Shown here: positions 1-8,179 of the stretch, piece by piece
Numbering within the stretch: the first letter of the stretch is position 1
How the letters are laid out: every line of letters begins with the position of its first letter
Source of the DNA: an uncultured Actinomycetota bacterium
GTDB lineage: Bacteria; Actinomycetota; Actinomycetes; JAHEKZ01
Assembly: GCA_963829525.1 (NCBI GenBank)
Contig: CAWHIJ010000003.1
Span: 1,568,001 to 1,632,000, forward strand
Length of the DNA stretch: 64,000 bases
Direction of reading: 5' to 3'
Translations under genes and position numbers: made by a program
The notes under the pieces: generated by a model
Databases searched by the model: none
What the model was told of the DNA's origin: nothing
The model's input: only the letters and a program-made list of their open reading frames with translations

Positions 1-68
1 CCGACAGCAACCGCGACCGGTGCTGCCTGCTCGGCAGGGGCCGGTCCGGTGTATGTACGAAGACTCAT
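1..68 (-). CDS. 5' fragment of a gene running off the window (MSLRTYTGPAPAEQ...), product unknown
   Basis: ATG at 68 overlaps the TGA of the upstream gene (ATGA); GAGGA RBS; frame open to the window edge. Confidence 0.55.
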   Translation of the reverse strand, partial: MSLRTYTGPAPAEQAAPVAVAV

Positions 69-652
69 GGTTCCTCAGCTGCCCGACCTTGTTGTCGGGA
101 GCGACGGTATCGGGCGATCGCTTTCCAAAAGAGGACGACCACCACGATACCCAGGGCCAGGAGAACGAAAGCGATCGCTGCCGCAACCCAGGGGGCAATG
201 AAGGCAAGCACAGTGACGATGAATACAGCGACGTCCTCGAGCAAGCTGACAATGATGTTGCTCACCGGTTCGGGGGAGGTGTTCACCGCCACGCGGGTGC
301 CGGTCTTGGTCAGATGTGCAGCCAGAGCCGTGGTGCCGCCGAGGCCGGCGAGAACCGCCTGCTGCAACGTCGTGGCATCACCGGATATCAGCAATGAGAG
401 TGCAACGCCGGCGACCGGACGAATCGCGGTGTTGACGGCGTCCCACGTCGAGTCAAGGTAGGCGGTCTTGTCGACGACGAAGTCGATGGCCGTAAGGACG
501 GCTGCAGCTATCAGGACGTCGGTGCGCATCAGCGCGTCTGGCACAGGAGCATCACCGATGCGCCCGGCGATGCCGGTCAGCAGAACGACGAGATACGGGT
601 TGATACCACTGGCCCAGCCGCTGGTGAAGACGAGCGGAATCAGCTCGGCCAT
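65..652 (-). CDS. DUF4126 family membrane protein
   Basis: MAELIPLVFTSGWASGINPY, DK..YLDSTWD, NTSPEPVSNI.VSLLED motifs; TGATG coupling with upstream gene. Confidence 0.85.
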   Translation of the reverse strand: MAELIPLVFTSGWASGINPYLVVLLTGIAGRIGDAPVPDALMRTDVLIAAAVLTAIDFVVDKTAYLDSTWDAVNTAIRPVAGVALSLLISGDATTLQQAVLAGLGGTTALAAHLTKTGTRVAVNTSPEPVSNIIVSLLEDVAVFIVTVLAFIAPWVAAAIAFVLLALGIVVVVLFWKAIARYRRSRQQGRAAEEP

Positions 653-1383
653 CACATCACCGGCAACGGAGCGCCGTCGATCGTGCCGTCGATGGCCAGA
701 ATGCTGAAGCGGGCGAAGAGCTCTTCGGCGAACCACCCGGTGTCGCGGGTGCGTGCAATTGCTTCTCGGTGGCCGGGGCTCTCGTAGGCGAACTGCCGGA
801 TCGCGTCGGCATCACGCCAGATGCTGAAGGTTCCCTGGAGCCCTATCGGAGCTTCGCCGATGCCCTTGGACCAGATCAGGCCGTTGGAGTGCGACACGGC
901 GGATGCGGCCTCTGGCACCGACCGCCAGAAGTCCCTCAGCTGTTGGGGTCGGATCCGAGCTCTGGTGATCGAGGCGACCGGTCCGTCGTTGGTCGGTGGT
1001 GCCGCAGGTGTCGAGCCGAACGGCTGCTGCTTCGACCAGCGACCCATGCTCGAGAGCGGTCTCATGGTGATGTGCAGGCGTTCGGTGGCCGCGGCGTCCC
1101 AGCGTCGGAGGACGCGGGAGCGCTCGAACGTGACGGCGGCGTGCGGGGTGTCCCAGCAGGTGAGGAGAGCCCAGTGGTGCGGGTCGGCGTCCTGAGGGGC
1201 GAAGGTCCTGCCACTCCCGGTGCCAAGGAGCTTGGCGAAGGTGAGCCCGGGATACCCACGCAGGCGGAACCGGTCGACGGCAAGCCGTCCTACGGCCGAG
1301 GCGATACCGGCCCTCGGCACGGTCCAAATGTGCAGGCCGACCACTGCGGGGGTTGGCTCAGCGGTGAGGCCGGATGTGGACAT
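652..1383 (-). CDS. Spheroidene monooxygenase (CrtA)-like protein
   Basis: FAKLLGTGSG, GIGEAPIGLQGTFSIW, H..AI..T...WFAEELFARF motifs; leaderless TAAGGT -10. Confidence 0.75.
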   Translation of the reverse strand: MSTSGLTAEPTPAVVGLHIWTVPRAGIASAVGRLAVDRFRLRGYPGLTFAKLLGTGSGRTFAPQDADPHHWALLTCWDTPHAAVTFERSRVLRRWDAAATERLHITMRPLSSMGRWSKQQPFGSTPAAPPTNDGPVASITRARIRPQQLRDFWRSVPEAASAVSHSNGLIWSKGIGEAPIGLQGTFSIWRDADAIRQFAYESPGHREAIARTRDTGWFAEELFARFSILAIDGTIDGAPLPVM

Positions 1384-1414
1384 GGGTCGACCTTAGGGCG
1401 CCGAATCGAGGGGG

Positions 1415-1443
1415 TTGACGTCGGACGTGGTGAGGGGTTTACT
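1415..1443 (+). promoter_or_regulatory. Putative sigmaA promoter of the SOS operon
   Basis: TTGACG (1415-1420), 17 bp, TTTACT (1438-1443); -10 is imperfect. Confidence 0.45.
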
Positions 1444-1452
1444 AGAGCTTAT

Positions 1453-1468
1453 TCGAACACATGTTCGA
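1453..1468. promoter_or_regulatory. LexA SOS box
   Basis: TCGAACACATGTTCGA matches the actinobacterial consensus TCGAAC-N4-GTTCGA, upstream of the dnaE2/dinB operon. Confidence 0.93.
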
Positions 1469-1472
1469 ACCT

Positions 1473-1526
1473 GAGCCGGTCGGGTGGGGTGCTGACCTCG
1501 ACCCTCACCGCCCGCCCGACCGGCTC
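1473..1526 (+). other. Strong 5' UTR hairpin
   Basis: GAGCCGGTCGGGTGGG pairs with CCCGCCCGACCGGCTC (16 bp, one G-U). Confidence 0.7.
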
Positions 1527-1587
1527 CCCGGCTTCCTGGTCCAACTGATGGACCAACTGATGGCTCGACCTGACAGGAGACAGCCCG

Positions 1588-1923
1588 ATGCGACGGATCG
1601 ACGAGTCGATTGAGTCGTTGACTCCCGTTGCTAGCGGTGAGACGGCGCCGCTGGCCTTCCGGTGGCGCGGCCGACGCTATGTCGTCGGAGCGGTATTGGC
1701 GCACTGGGTCGAGACGGGTGCGTGGTGGCGTCGGGTCGCATCGCGCCCCAGCTCCGGCTTCGATGAGCTGCCCGACCCCGAGCGGTGGCTCTGGCGGGTC
1801 GAGGCGTGCCGCGGGGCACAGACCGGAGTTTTCGACCTTTGCCTGGAAGTCGACAACCGTCCCGACGAGAGCTCCTGTGATCGCGGTCCAGCGCGCTGGT
1901 CCTTGTATGCGATCTACGACTGA
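1588..1923 (+). CDS. DUF6504 family protein (ImuB C-terminal-domain-like)
   Basis: AGGAG RBS; PLAFRWRGRRY.V..V...W.ETGAWW...WRVEA...GVFDL...W.LYAIYD. Confidence 0.8.
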   Translation: MRRIDESIESLTPVASGETAPLAFRWRGRRYVVGAVLAHWVETGAWWRRVASRPSSGFDELPDPERWLWRVEACRGAQTGVFDLCLEVDNRPDESSCDRGPARWSLYAIYD

Positions 1924-1977
1924 CCACCCGACTGACCACCCGACTGACCTACCGACTGACCTACCGACTGACCTACC
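1918..1977 (+). repeat. 12-bp tandem repeat x5
   Basis: GACTGACCACCC x2 then GACTGACCTACC x3, starting at the DUF6504 stop codon. Confidence 0.95.
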
Positions 1978-1993
1978 TGAAGGGATGGCCCCC

Positions 1994-2437
1994 ATGTCCA
2001 TCGACTTGTCCGTCGACCACGCCATCGCTCGACGAACCCCTCGGGGGTCGTCGGCTGGGGTCCTCGACCTGCTTGCTGCTGCGCACCGCGGCCTCACCGA
2101 GGCGGTGCTCGAGCCACGGGCCAGTCGCCGCTACGCCGTCGCCCACCTGGCGGCGCTCCGGGCGGCTGCCGCCGTGCTGGCCACCCGTGCTCGTCCGACC
2201 GGCCGCCGTGGCCCGCGCAGCGCCTGGGATCTTCTCGGCCAGGCTGCCCCCGAGCTTGCTGAGTGGGCGGCTTTCTTCGCCGCTGGCGCCGGCAAGCGGG
2301 CGGCGGCCGAGGCTGGCCTGGACGCGGTCACGCCCCGGGAGGCCGACGACCTGCTCCGGGACGTTGAAACCTTCCTAGCGCTGGCCGAGACCACCGTCGG
2401 TGTCCCACACCAGACCTCGCTGCCCCGTGTCAGCTGA
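1994..2437 (+). CDS. SAV_6107 family HEPN domain protein
   Basis: RYAVAHLAALRAAAAVLA...SAWDLL...APELAEWAAFFAAGAGKRAAAEAG...READDLLRD; start 1985 or 1994. Confidence 0.88.
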   Translation: MSIDLSVDHAIARRTPRGSSAGVLDLLAAAHRGLTEAVLEPRASRRYAVAHLAALRAAAAVLATRARPTGRRGPRSAWDLLGQAAPELAEWAAFFAAGAGKRAAAEAGLDAVTPREADDLLRDVETFLALAETTVGVPHQTSLPRVS

Positions 2438-2458
2438 CGAACCGGTGTCAGCTGACGA
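2427..2458. repeat. 14-bp direct repeat (18-bp period) across the HEPN gene stop
   Basis: GTGTCAGCTGACGA at 2427 and 2445, each containing the palindrome GTCAGCTGAC. Confidence 0.85.
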
Positions 2459-2485
2459 CCCGCGCCCTGTTCGGGTCTGCTCTCG

Positions 2486-5400
2486 GTGACCGGCTCTTCT
2501 TCTTTTCCACACCTGCATGTCGCCTCCGGCTGGTCGCTGCGTCACGGCGCATCCAGCCCAGAGGCGCTCGTCTCCGTCGCGGCTGACCGCGGCCTCGCCG
2601 TTCTCGGTCTGACCGACCGCGATGGTGTCCGTGGCGCTGTGCGTTTTGCCCGCGCCACCCTCGCCGCCGGGATCGCTCCGGTCTTCGGCGCCGACCTCGC
2701 CCTCGCGCCACCCCCGAACCCGGGACGTGCCCCCGAGCGAGCTCGTCGTACGCCGGTTCGAGGAGGCCGCACTCGTGACCTCCGACTGCCCAGGGTCACG
2801 GTGCTGGCGCGTGGCCCGCATGGCTGGGCGGCGCTCTGTCGCCTGGTCTCCGCTGCCCATGCCCAAGCCGAGGCAGCCGGACGTCGGGGGTACCCGACGG
2901 TCGACGCCGACCTGGTCGCTCACTACGCGGCCGAAGGTGCCTTGGTGGTGCTGCTCGGTCCCGACTCCGACGTCGGTCGGATGCTGGCAAGGCGTCGCCC
3001 CGACCTCGCGACGCTGGCGTGGCAGAGATGGCGAGACCGCATCCCTGCGCTGTGGTGCGAAGTGGTCAACCATCGTGGCGCTGACCCGGTTGGTCGGTCG
3101 GCGCCGTTCGCCGGTCGGATGCTCGGATGGGCGCACGAGCAGCAGGCAGACACCTTGCTGTCCAACGCGGTTCGCTACGCCCGTCGCGAGGACGCCCCGG
3201 TCGCCGACGTGCTCGACGCCGCACGTCAGCTGGTTCCGCTTGACCTGCGCCACATCGATCGTCGCACCGGCGAGGGCTACCTGAAGTCGTCATCACAGAT
3301 GGCCGAGATCGCCGCCGAGGTCGCTCGTCTGTCCGGCGTCGGCACCGAGCGCTCCACCAGCCGCGCGTTGCTCGCCGCCACTGAACGGCTCGCGCAGCAG
3401 TGTGTCCTGTCCCCAGTGGCCGACCTCGGTCTCGGCTCGGTGCACTTTCCCGAGCTCGAGGTGGTCGACCCGACCGCTGCCGTGGCCGGACGTGCGCCCG
3501 ATGCCGTGCTGCGTGAGCGGTGCGCAGCCCGTTGGTCGGCCCGCGAGCTGCCGACCGGCGGGCAGGCCGGACGCGAGGCGCGCGACCGTCTGGAGCACGA
3601 GCTCGGCATCATCGCCAGCCTTGGCTACGCCACCTACTTCCTCACCGTCGCCGACGTCGTCGACCTGATCCGCTCGATGCAGATTCGGGTTGCCGCACGT
3701 GGTTCGGGTGCTGGGTCACTGGTTACCTACCTACTCGGAATCTCAGGGGTCGATCCGGTTCGGCACGACCTTCTCTTCGAAAGGTTCCTCTCTCCGCTTC
3801 GCCAGGCGCTGCCCGACATCGACATCGACGTCGAGTCAGCGCGGCGCCTTGAGATCTACACTCAGATCTTCGAGCGCTTCGGCACTGCTCGCGTCGCTTG
3901 TGTCTCCATGGCCGATACCTACCGCGTCCGGCACGCGATTCGTGATGTCGGTGCGGCGCTTGGTCTGCCGCCCTCTGAGATCGACATGATCGCGAAGGCG
4001 TTCCCACACATTCGCGCCAAGGACGCGCAGAACGCTTTGCGTGAGCTGCCAGAGCTGCGGGCCAGCCGGATCGCCGACGACCCGCGGATGACGTTGCTCT
4101 TCTCGCTCGTCGAGCGTCTCGACGGTTTGCCGCGTCACCTCGCACTGCACCCGTGTGGCGTTCTGCTCTCCGACGCCACGCTGCTCGATCGCACACCGGT
4201 CGAGCAGAGCGCGATGGGTTTTGCCATGAGCCAGTTCGACAAGGACGACGTCGAGCACCTTGGCCTACTCAAGCTCGATGTCCTCGGCATCCGCATGCAG
4301 TCGGCGATGGCCTATGCCCTTGACGAGATCGAACGGGTCGACGGCCCGCAGCAGCGCCCTGACCTCGACAGCGTGCCGTTCGACGACCTGGCGACCTTCG
4401 ACCTCATCCGTTCCACGCACACCCTTGGGTGCTTTCAGATCGAGTCACCTGGTCAGCGTGAGCTGGTCGGCAAGTTCGCCCCCGAAACCTTCGACGATCT
4501 CATCATCGACATCTCGCTCTTCCGTCCCGGTCCGGTGAAGTCCGACATGGTCCGGCCCTTTCTCCATGCACGACATGGCTGGGCTGAGCCGCAGTACCTG
4601 CACCCCGACCTTGAGCCGGTACTGCGCTCCACCTACGGCGTTGTCGTCTTCCACGAGCAGGTGATCGACATGTTGCATGTCATCGCCGGGTGCTCCCGGG
4701 CCGAAGGTGACGAGAAGCGGAGGGCCCTCGGTGATCCCGATGGCCAGGCTGAGACGCGCGAGTGGTTCTATCGCTGTGCCCGAATGCGTGGGTACGACCT
4801 GCCGACAATCGAACGCATCTGGGATGTCCTGCGTGCGTTCGCCTCCTTCGGGTTCTGTAAGGCACACGCTGCAGCTTTTGCGCTGCCGACCTACCAGTCG
4901 GCGTGGCTCAAGACGCACCACACGGCTGGCTTCCTCGCTGGCGTCCTCACCCACGATCCCGGCATGTACCCGAAGCGGTTGATCCTCGACGACGCCCGAC
5001 AGTTCGGCGTCACCGTTTTGCCGCTCGACGTCAACGCATCCCGGACCGGCTATCGGGTCGAGCGGGTCGAGGTGGTCGACCCCGCTGACGCCCCTGCGCC
5101 GCCGCCCCGCACTCTCCCCGTCGCCGACTCCACGACCAGCCGGGCGCGCGGCGTCCTTGACCATCCGGCGCTTCCGGATGCCAGCGGTTACGGCATCCGC
5201 ATCGCGCTCGCCGAGGTCAAAGGAATCAGTGACGCCGAGGTCGAGCGGATCATTGCCGGGCAGCCTTTTCGTTCACTCACCGATTTCTGGCACCGCGCTG
5301 CCGTCTCGCGTCCGGTCGTCGAGCGGTTGGTGCTCGCCGGAGCCTTCGACAGGCTGCACGGCATCGACCTCACTCTTCCCGCTGCATCGGCGCGACGCCG

Positions 5401-6265
5401 GATCACCCGCCGAGACCTGCTGCTGGCAGTCGCTGAGCTCGACCGTTGGACCGCGATGCCCACGTTCCGTCGGGCCAAGTCTGGAGCTCGGCCTTCAGCA
5501 GTGGCCGGACCGGGCACCCAGCTCTCCTTCCCGCTCGGCCCCAGCGACGAGCAGGTGGCCCCCTCCGGTCTGCCGGAGATGACTGGCGCTGAGCAGGTCA
5601 GGGCAGAGCTCGACGTCCTCGGTCTGGACGCCAGCCGCCATGTCGTTGACTTCTACACCCCGTTGCTGCGTTCGCTCGACGTCGTGCGCTCCCGCGACCT
5701 GCTCACCTGTCGCTCGCGCAGCGAGATCTTGGTCGCGGGTGTGAAGGTGGCCACTCAGACACCGCCGATCCGTTCCGGCCGACGGGTCGTCTTCGTCACC
5801 CTCGACGACGCCACCGGCCCGGTCGATGCGACCTTCTTCGAAGATGCTCAAGGCCCCTATGCCGCGACGCTCTTCCACTCGTGGCTCCTGCTGATCCGGG
5901 GTGAGATACGCCGGACCGGTCCTCGGGGCGTCTCACTGCGTGCCACAGGGTGCTGGGAGCTTTCTGGTCTGTACGACCTGTGGCAGCGCAGTGGCACCGC
6001 CGCCATCCACGAGGTGCTCGACACGCCACCTCTGCTCAGCCCCTTGGGCACTAGCGCCGAGGAGGTGCAAGCTCCGGCTGGTCCGGCCCTGGTGGAGCCA
6101 GCCGGAATCACGGCTGGGGGAATGGGACGACGGCGTGTCCTGGTCCACCCCAGCGGCTTCCGCCAGTCGCCGTACGCAGACGTCCGCCCGGCAGGTGATG
6201 ACGTGAACCGCGGCACACCACCGCGCAAGCTCTGGCACTCCAGTCCAGGGAGCTCAGGTGGCTGA
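2486..6265 (+). CDS. dnaE2: Error-prone DNA polymerase III alpha (DnaE2 type)
   Basis: PHP domain, RGSGAGS, PDIDID, KLDVLG, FGFCKAHA, OB fold; degenerate PHP ligands; LexA box; second replicative dnaE in the window. Confidence 0.9.
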   Translation: MTGSSSFPHLHVASGWSLRHGASSPEALVSVAADRGLAVLGLTDRDGVRGAVRFARATLAAGIAPVFGADLALAPPPNPGRAPERARRTPVRGGRTRDLRLPRVTVLARGPHGWAALCRLVSAAHAQAEAAGRRGYPTVDADLVAHYAAEGALVVLLGPDSDVGRMLARRRPDLATLAWQRWRDRIPALWCEVVNHRGADPVGRSAPFAGRMLGWAHEQQADTLLSNAVRYARREDAPVADVLDAARQLVPLDLRHIDRRTGEGYLKSSSQMAEIAAEVARLSGVGTERSTSRALLAATERLAQQCVLSPVADLGLGSVHFPELEVVDPTAAVAGRAPDAVLRERCAARWSARELPTGGQAGREARDRLEHELGIIASLGYATYFLTVADVVDLIRSMQIRVAARGSGAGSLVTYLLGISGVDPVRHDLLFERFLSPLRQALPDIDIDVESARRLEIYTQIFERFGTARVACVSMADTYRVRHAIRDVGAALGLPPSEIDMIAKAFPHIRAKDAQNALRELPELRASRIADDPRMTLLFSLVERLDGLPRHLALHPCGVLLSDATLLDRTPVEQSAMGFAMSQFDKDDVEHLGLLKLDVLGIRMQSAMAYALDEIERVDGPQQRPDLDSVPFDDLATFDLIRSTHTLGCFQIESPGQRELVGKFAPETFDDLIIDISLFRPGPVKSDMVRPFLHARHGWAEPQYLHPDLEPVLRSTYGVVVFHEQVIDMLHVIAGCSRAEGDEKRRALGDPDGQAETREWFYRCARMRGYDLPTIERIWDVLRAFASFGFCKAHAAAFALPTYQSAWLKTHHTAGFLAGVLTHDPGMYPKRLILDDARQFGVTVLPLDVNASRTGYRVERVEVVDPADAPAPPPRTLPVADSTTSRARGVLDHPALPDASGYGIRIALAEVKGISDAEVERIIAGQPFRSLTDFWHRAAVSRPVVERLVLAGAFDRLHGIDLTLPAASARRRITRRDLLLAVAELDRWTAMPTFRRAKSGARPSAVAGPGTQLSFPLGPSDEQVAPSGLPEMTGAEQVRAELDVLGLDASRHVVDFYTPLLRSLDVVRSRDLLTCRSRSEILVAGVKVATQTPPIRSGRRVVFVTLDDATGPVDATFFEDAQGPYAATLFHSWLLLIRGEIRRTGPRGVSLRATGCWELSGLYDLWQRSGTAAIHEVLDTPPLLSPLGTSAEEVQAPAGPALVEPAGITAGGMGRRRVLVHPSGFRQSPYADVRPAGDDVNRGTPPRKLWHSSPGSSGG

Positions 6266-6277
6266 GAGGATGCCCTG

Positions 6278-7534
6278 GTGAGCAGGCAACAGCTCGGGCG
6301 TGGCATGGACGGCGGTGACCAGCCCGCCAGTGTCACCTCGCGCCGCGAGGTGGCCGATGACACCGGCTGCGACGTCCTGCATGTCGACATGGACGCGTTC
6401 TACGCATCGGTCGAACTGCTTCGCCACCCTGAGCTTGTCGGCACTCCCGTTGTCGTCGCAGGGGGAGGCACCCGCGGAGTCGTCCTGTCGGCCACATACG
6501 AGGCCCGTGCGCTCGGCGTCCACTCAGCGATGCCGACGTCACGTGCCCGCCGCCTGTGTCCCAACGCCACTTTCCTTGCGCCACACCATGAGGACTACGC
6601 GCGCATTTCATCGGGTGTCATGGCGATCTTCGGATCGGTCACTCCTGTCGTAGAGCCGCTCAGCCTCGATGAGGCCTTCCTCGACGTGCGTGGTGCGCAA
6701 CGAAGGCTCGGGTCACCGGCTGAGATCGGTGAGCTGATCCGTACCAAGGTCCAGGACGAACAGGGCATCACCTGTTCGGTCGGCGTCGCATCCACCAAGT
6801 TCGTCGCCAAGCTCGCCTCGGGGCGGTGCAAGCCCGATGGTCTGCTCGTCGTCCCAGCCGACAAGGTCATCGACTTCCTCCACCCACTCCAAATAGGCGC
6901 CCTGTGGGGAGTCGGTGACAAGACCGAAGAGGCATTGCACCGTCTTGGGCTGCGCACAGTCGCAGATCTGGCGAATACACCGATAGGAACGCTCGAACGC
7001 GCTATCGGCCCAGCTGCTGGACGGCACCTGTGGGAGCTGGCGTGGGGGCGCGATGAGCGCAGTGTCGTCGCCGATACCCAGGAGAAGAGCATCGGCAGGG
7101 ACCGTACCTTCGAGACCGACGTTGACGACGTCGAGGTGGTCTACCGCGAACTGCTGGCCCTCTCGCAGACGGTGGCGCGAGCACTCCGGGGCCGCGAGCT
7201 CGCCGGGAGGACGATCGCGATCCGGGTGCGGTTTGCCGACTTCACCACGATCACCCGCTCGCGCACCTTGGCGCATCCGACCGATGTCGCCCGTGACATC
7301 TACGCAACGGTTGTTGCCCTCTTCGACGCCCTCGGGCTTGATCGAGCTCGACTGCGCCTCGTGGGCGTTCGGGTGGAGGGCTTGGTCGACGGGTCGACCG
7401 TCGCCCACCAACTCACCTTCGACGAGCGCCCCGAAGCTTGGCGCGAAGCTGAGCGGGCCTCTGACCGGGCCGCCGACCGGTTCGGCCGAGGGGTGGTCCG
7501 CCCGGCAAGCCTGGTCGAGTCGCCCGACCCCTGA
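6278..7534 (+). CDS. dinB: DNA polymerase IV (Y family)
   Basis: HVDMDAFYAS, YEAR, SLDEAFLD, KPDG, RLVGVR, QLTF clamp motif; 12 nt after dnaE2. Confidence 0.95.
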   Translation: MSRQQLGRGMDGGDQPASVTSRREVADDTGCDVLHVDMDAFYASVELLRHPELVGTPVVVAGGGTRGVVLSATYEARALGVHSAMPTSRARRLCPNATFLAPHHEDYARISSGVMAIFGSVTPVVEPLSLDEAFLDVRGAQRRLGSPAEIGELIRTKVQDEQGITCSVGVASTKFVAKLASGRCKPDGLLVVPADKVIDFLHPLQIGALWGVGDKTEEALHRLGLRTVADLANTPIGTLERAIGPAAGRHLWELAWGRDERSVVADTQEKSIGRDRTFETDVDDVEVVYRELLALSQTVARALRGRELAGRTIAIRVRFADFTTITRSRTLAHPTDVARDIYATVVALFDALGLDRARLRLVGVRVEGLVDGSTVAHQLTFDERPEAWREAERASDRAADRFGRGVVRPASLVESPDP

Positions 7535-7725
7535 TGGAGCCAGCTGGGCTCCAGACGATCATGGGCTGTGCCGATGAACAAACGGTCACAGTCATTGCCG
7601 GTGATTTGCCGGTGGAGTTTCGCACTGGCGTCCGGGGACCTATCCTGGACGGGAGGGACGACCAGTTTCCCTCGTCCTCGGGTGAGCCCGGGGACGAACT
7701 GTGGTAGTCCAGCGAGGAGGAGGCC

Positions 7726-8104
7726 ATGCCGCTCTCTGAGCACGAGCAGCGCCTGCTCGAGCAGATGGAGCGTCAGCTCTACGCCGACGACCCCAAGTTG
7801 GCATCGACGCTTCGCGGAAGTGGTCGGTCGCTGCGTTCTCGACACCGGCTTGTCCTTGGTGCCCTGGGCGTAGTCCTTGGTCTGGCCGTGTTGGTTGCCG
7901 GAGTTGCGTCTCAGTTCTGGCCCGTCGGCGTGGCTGGCTTCCTCGTCATGCTGGGCGGCGGCTGGTGGGCGAGTACCGGTTGGCAAGGTGCGACGCGCAA
8001 CGCCTCTGCGGCGCCGCAGCAGTCACCAGAAGAGCTCACAACGCTCGGGATTCATGAACCGCATAGAAGAGCGCTGGGATCGCCGTCGCGACGGCGACCA
8101 GTAG
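7726..8104 (+). CDS. DUF3040 membrane protein (one apparent frameshift)
   Basis: MPLSEHEQRLLEQMERQLYADDPK N-terminus; FMNRIEERWDRRR C-terminus in another frame; GGAGG RBS. Confidence 0.85.
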
Positions 8105-8179
8105 CCGAGCTGCAGCACGCACCGCACGGCCTTCTGCTTGGCGGCCCCGTCCACTTGGTATGGCCTGGTCCACTTGGTC

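Noticed and set aside
1918-1977. Possible CRISPR array
   Set aside because: 12-bp contiguous units with no spacers and no cas genes
1628-1993. N-terminal extension of the HEPN ORF through the repeat
   Set aside because: Overlaps DUF6504 out of frame; RBS and family-like sequence start at 1985-1994
5060-5190. Intein in DnaE2
   Set aside because: Short Pro/Ala-rich insertion without intein splice motifs or endonuclease
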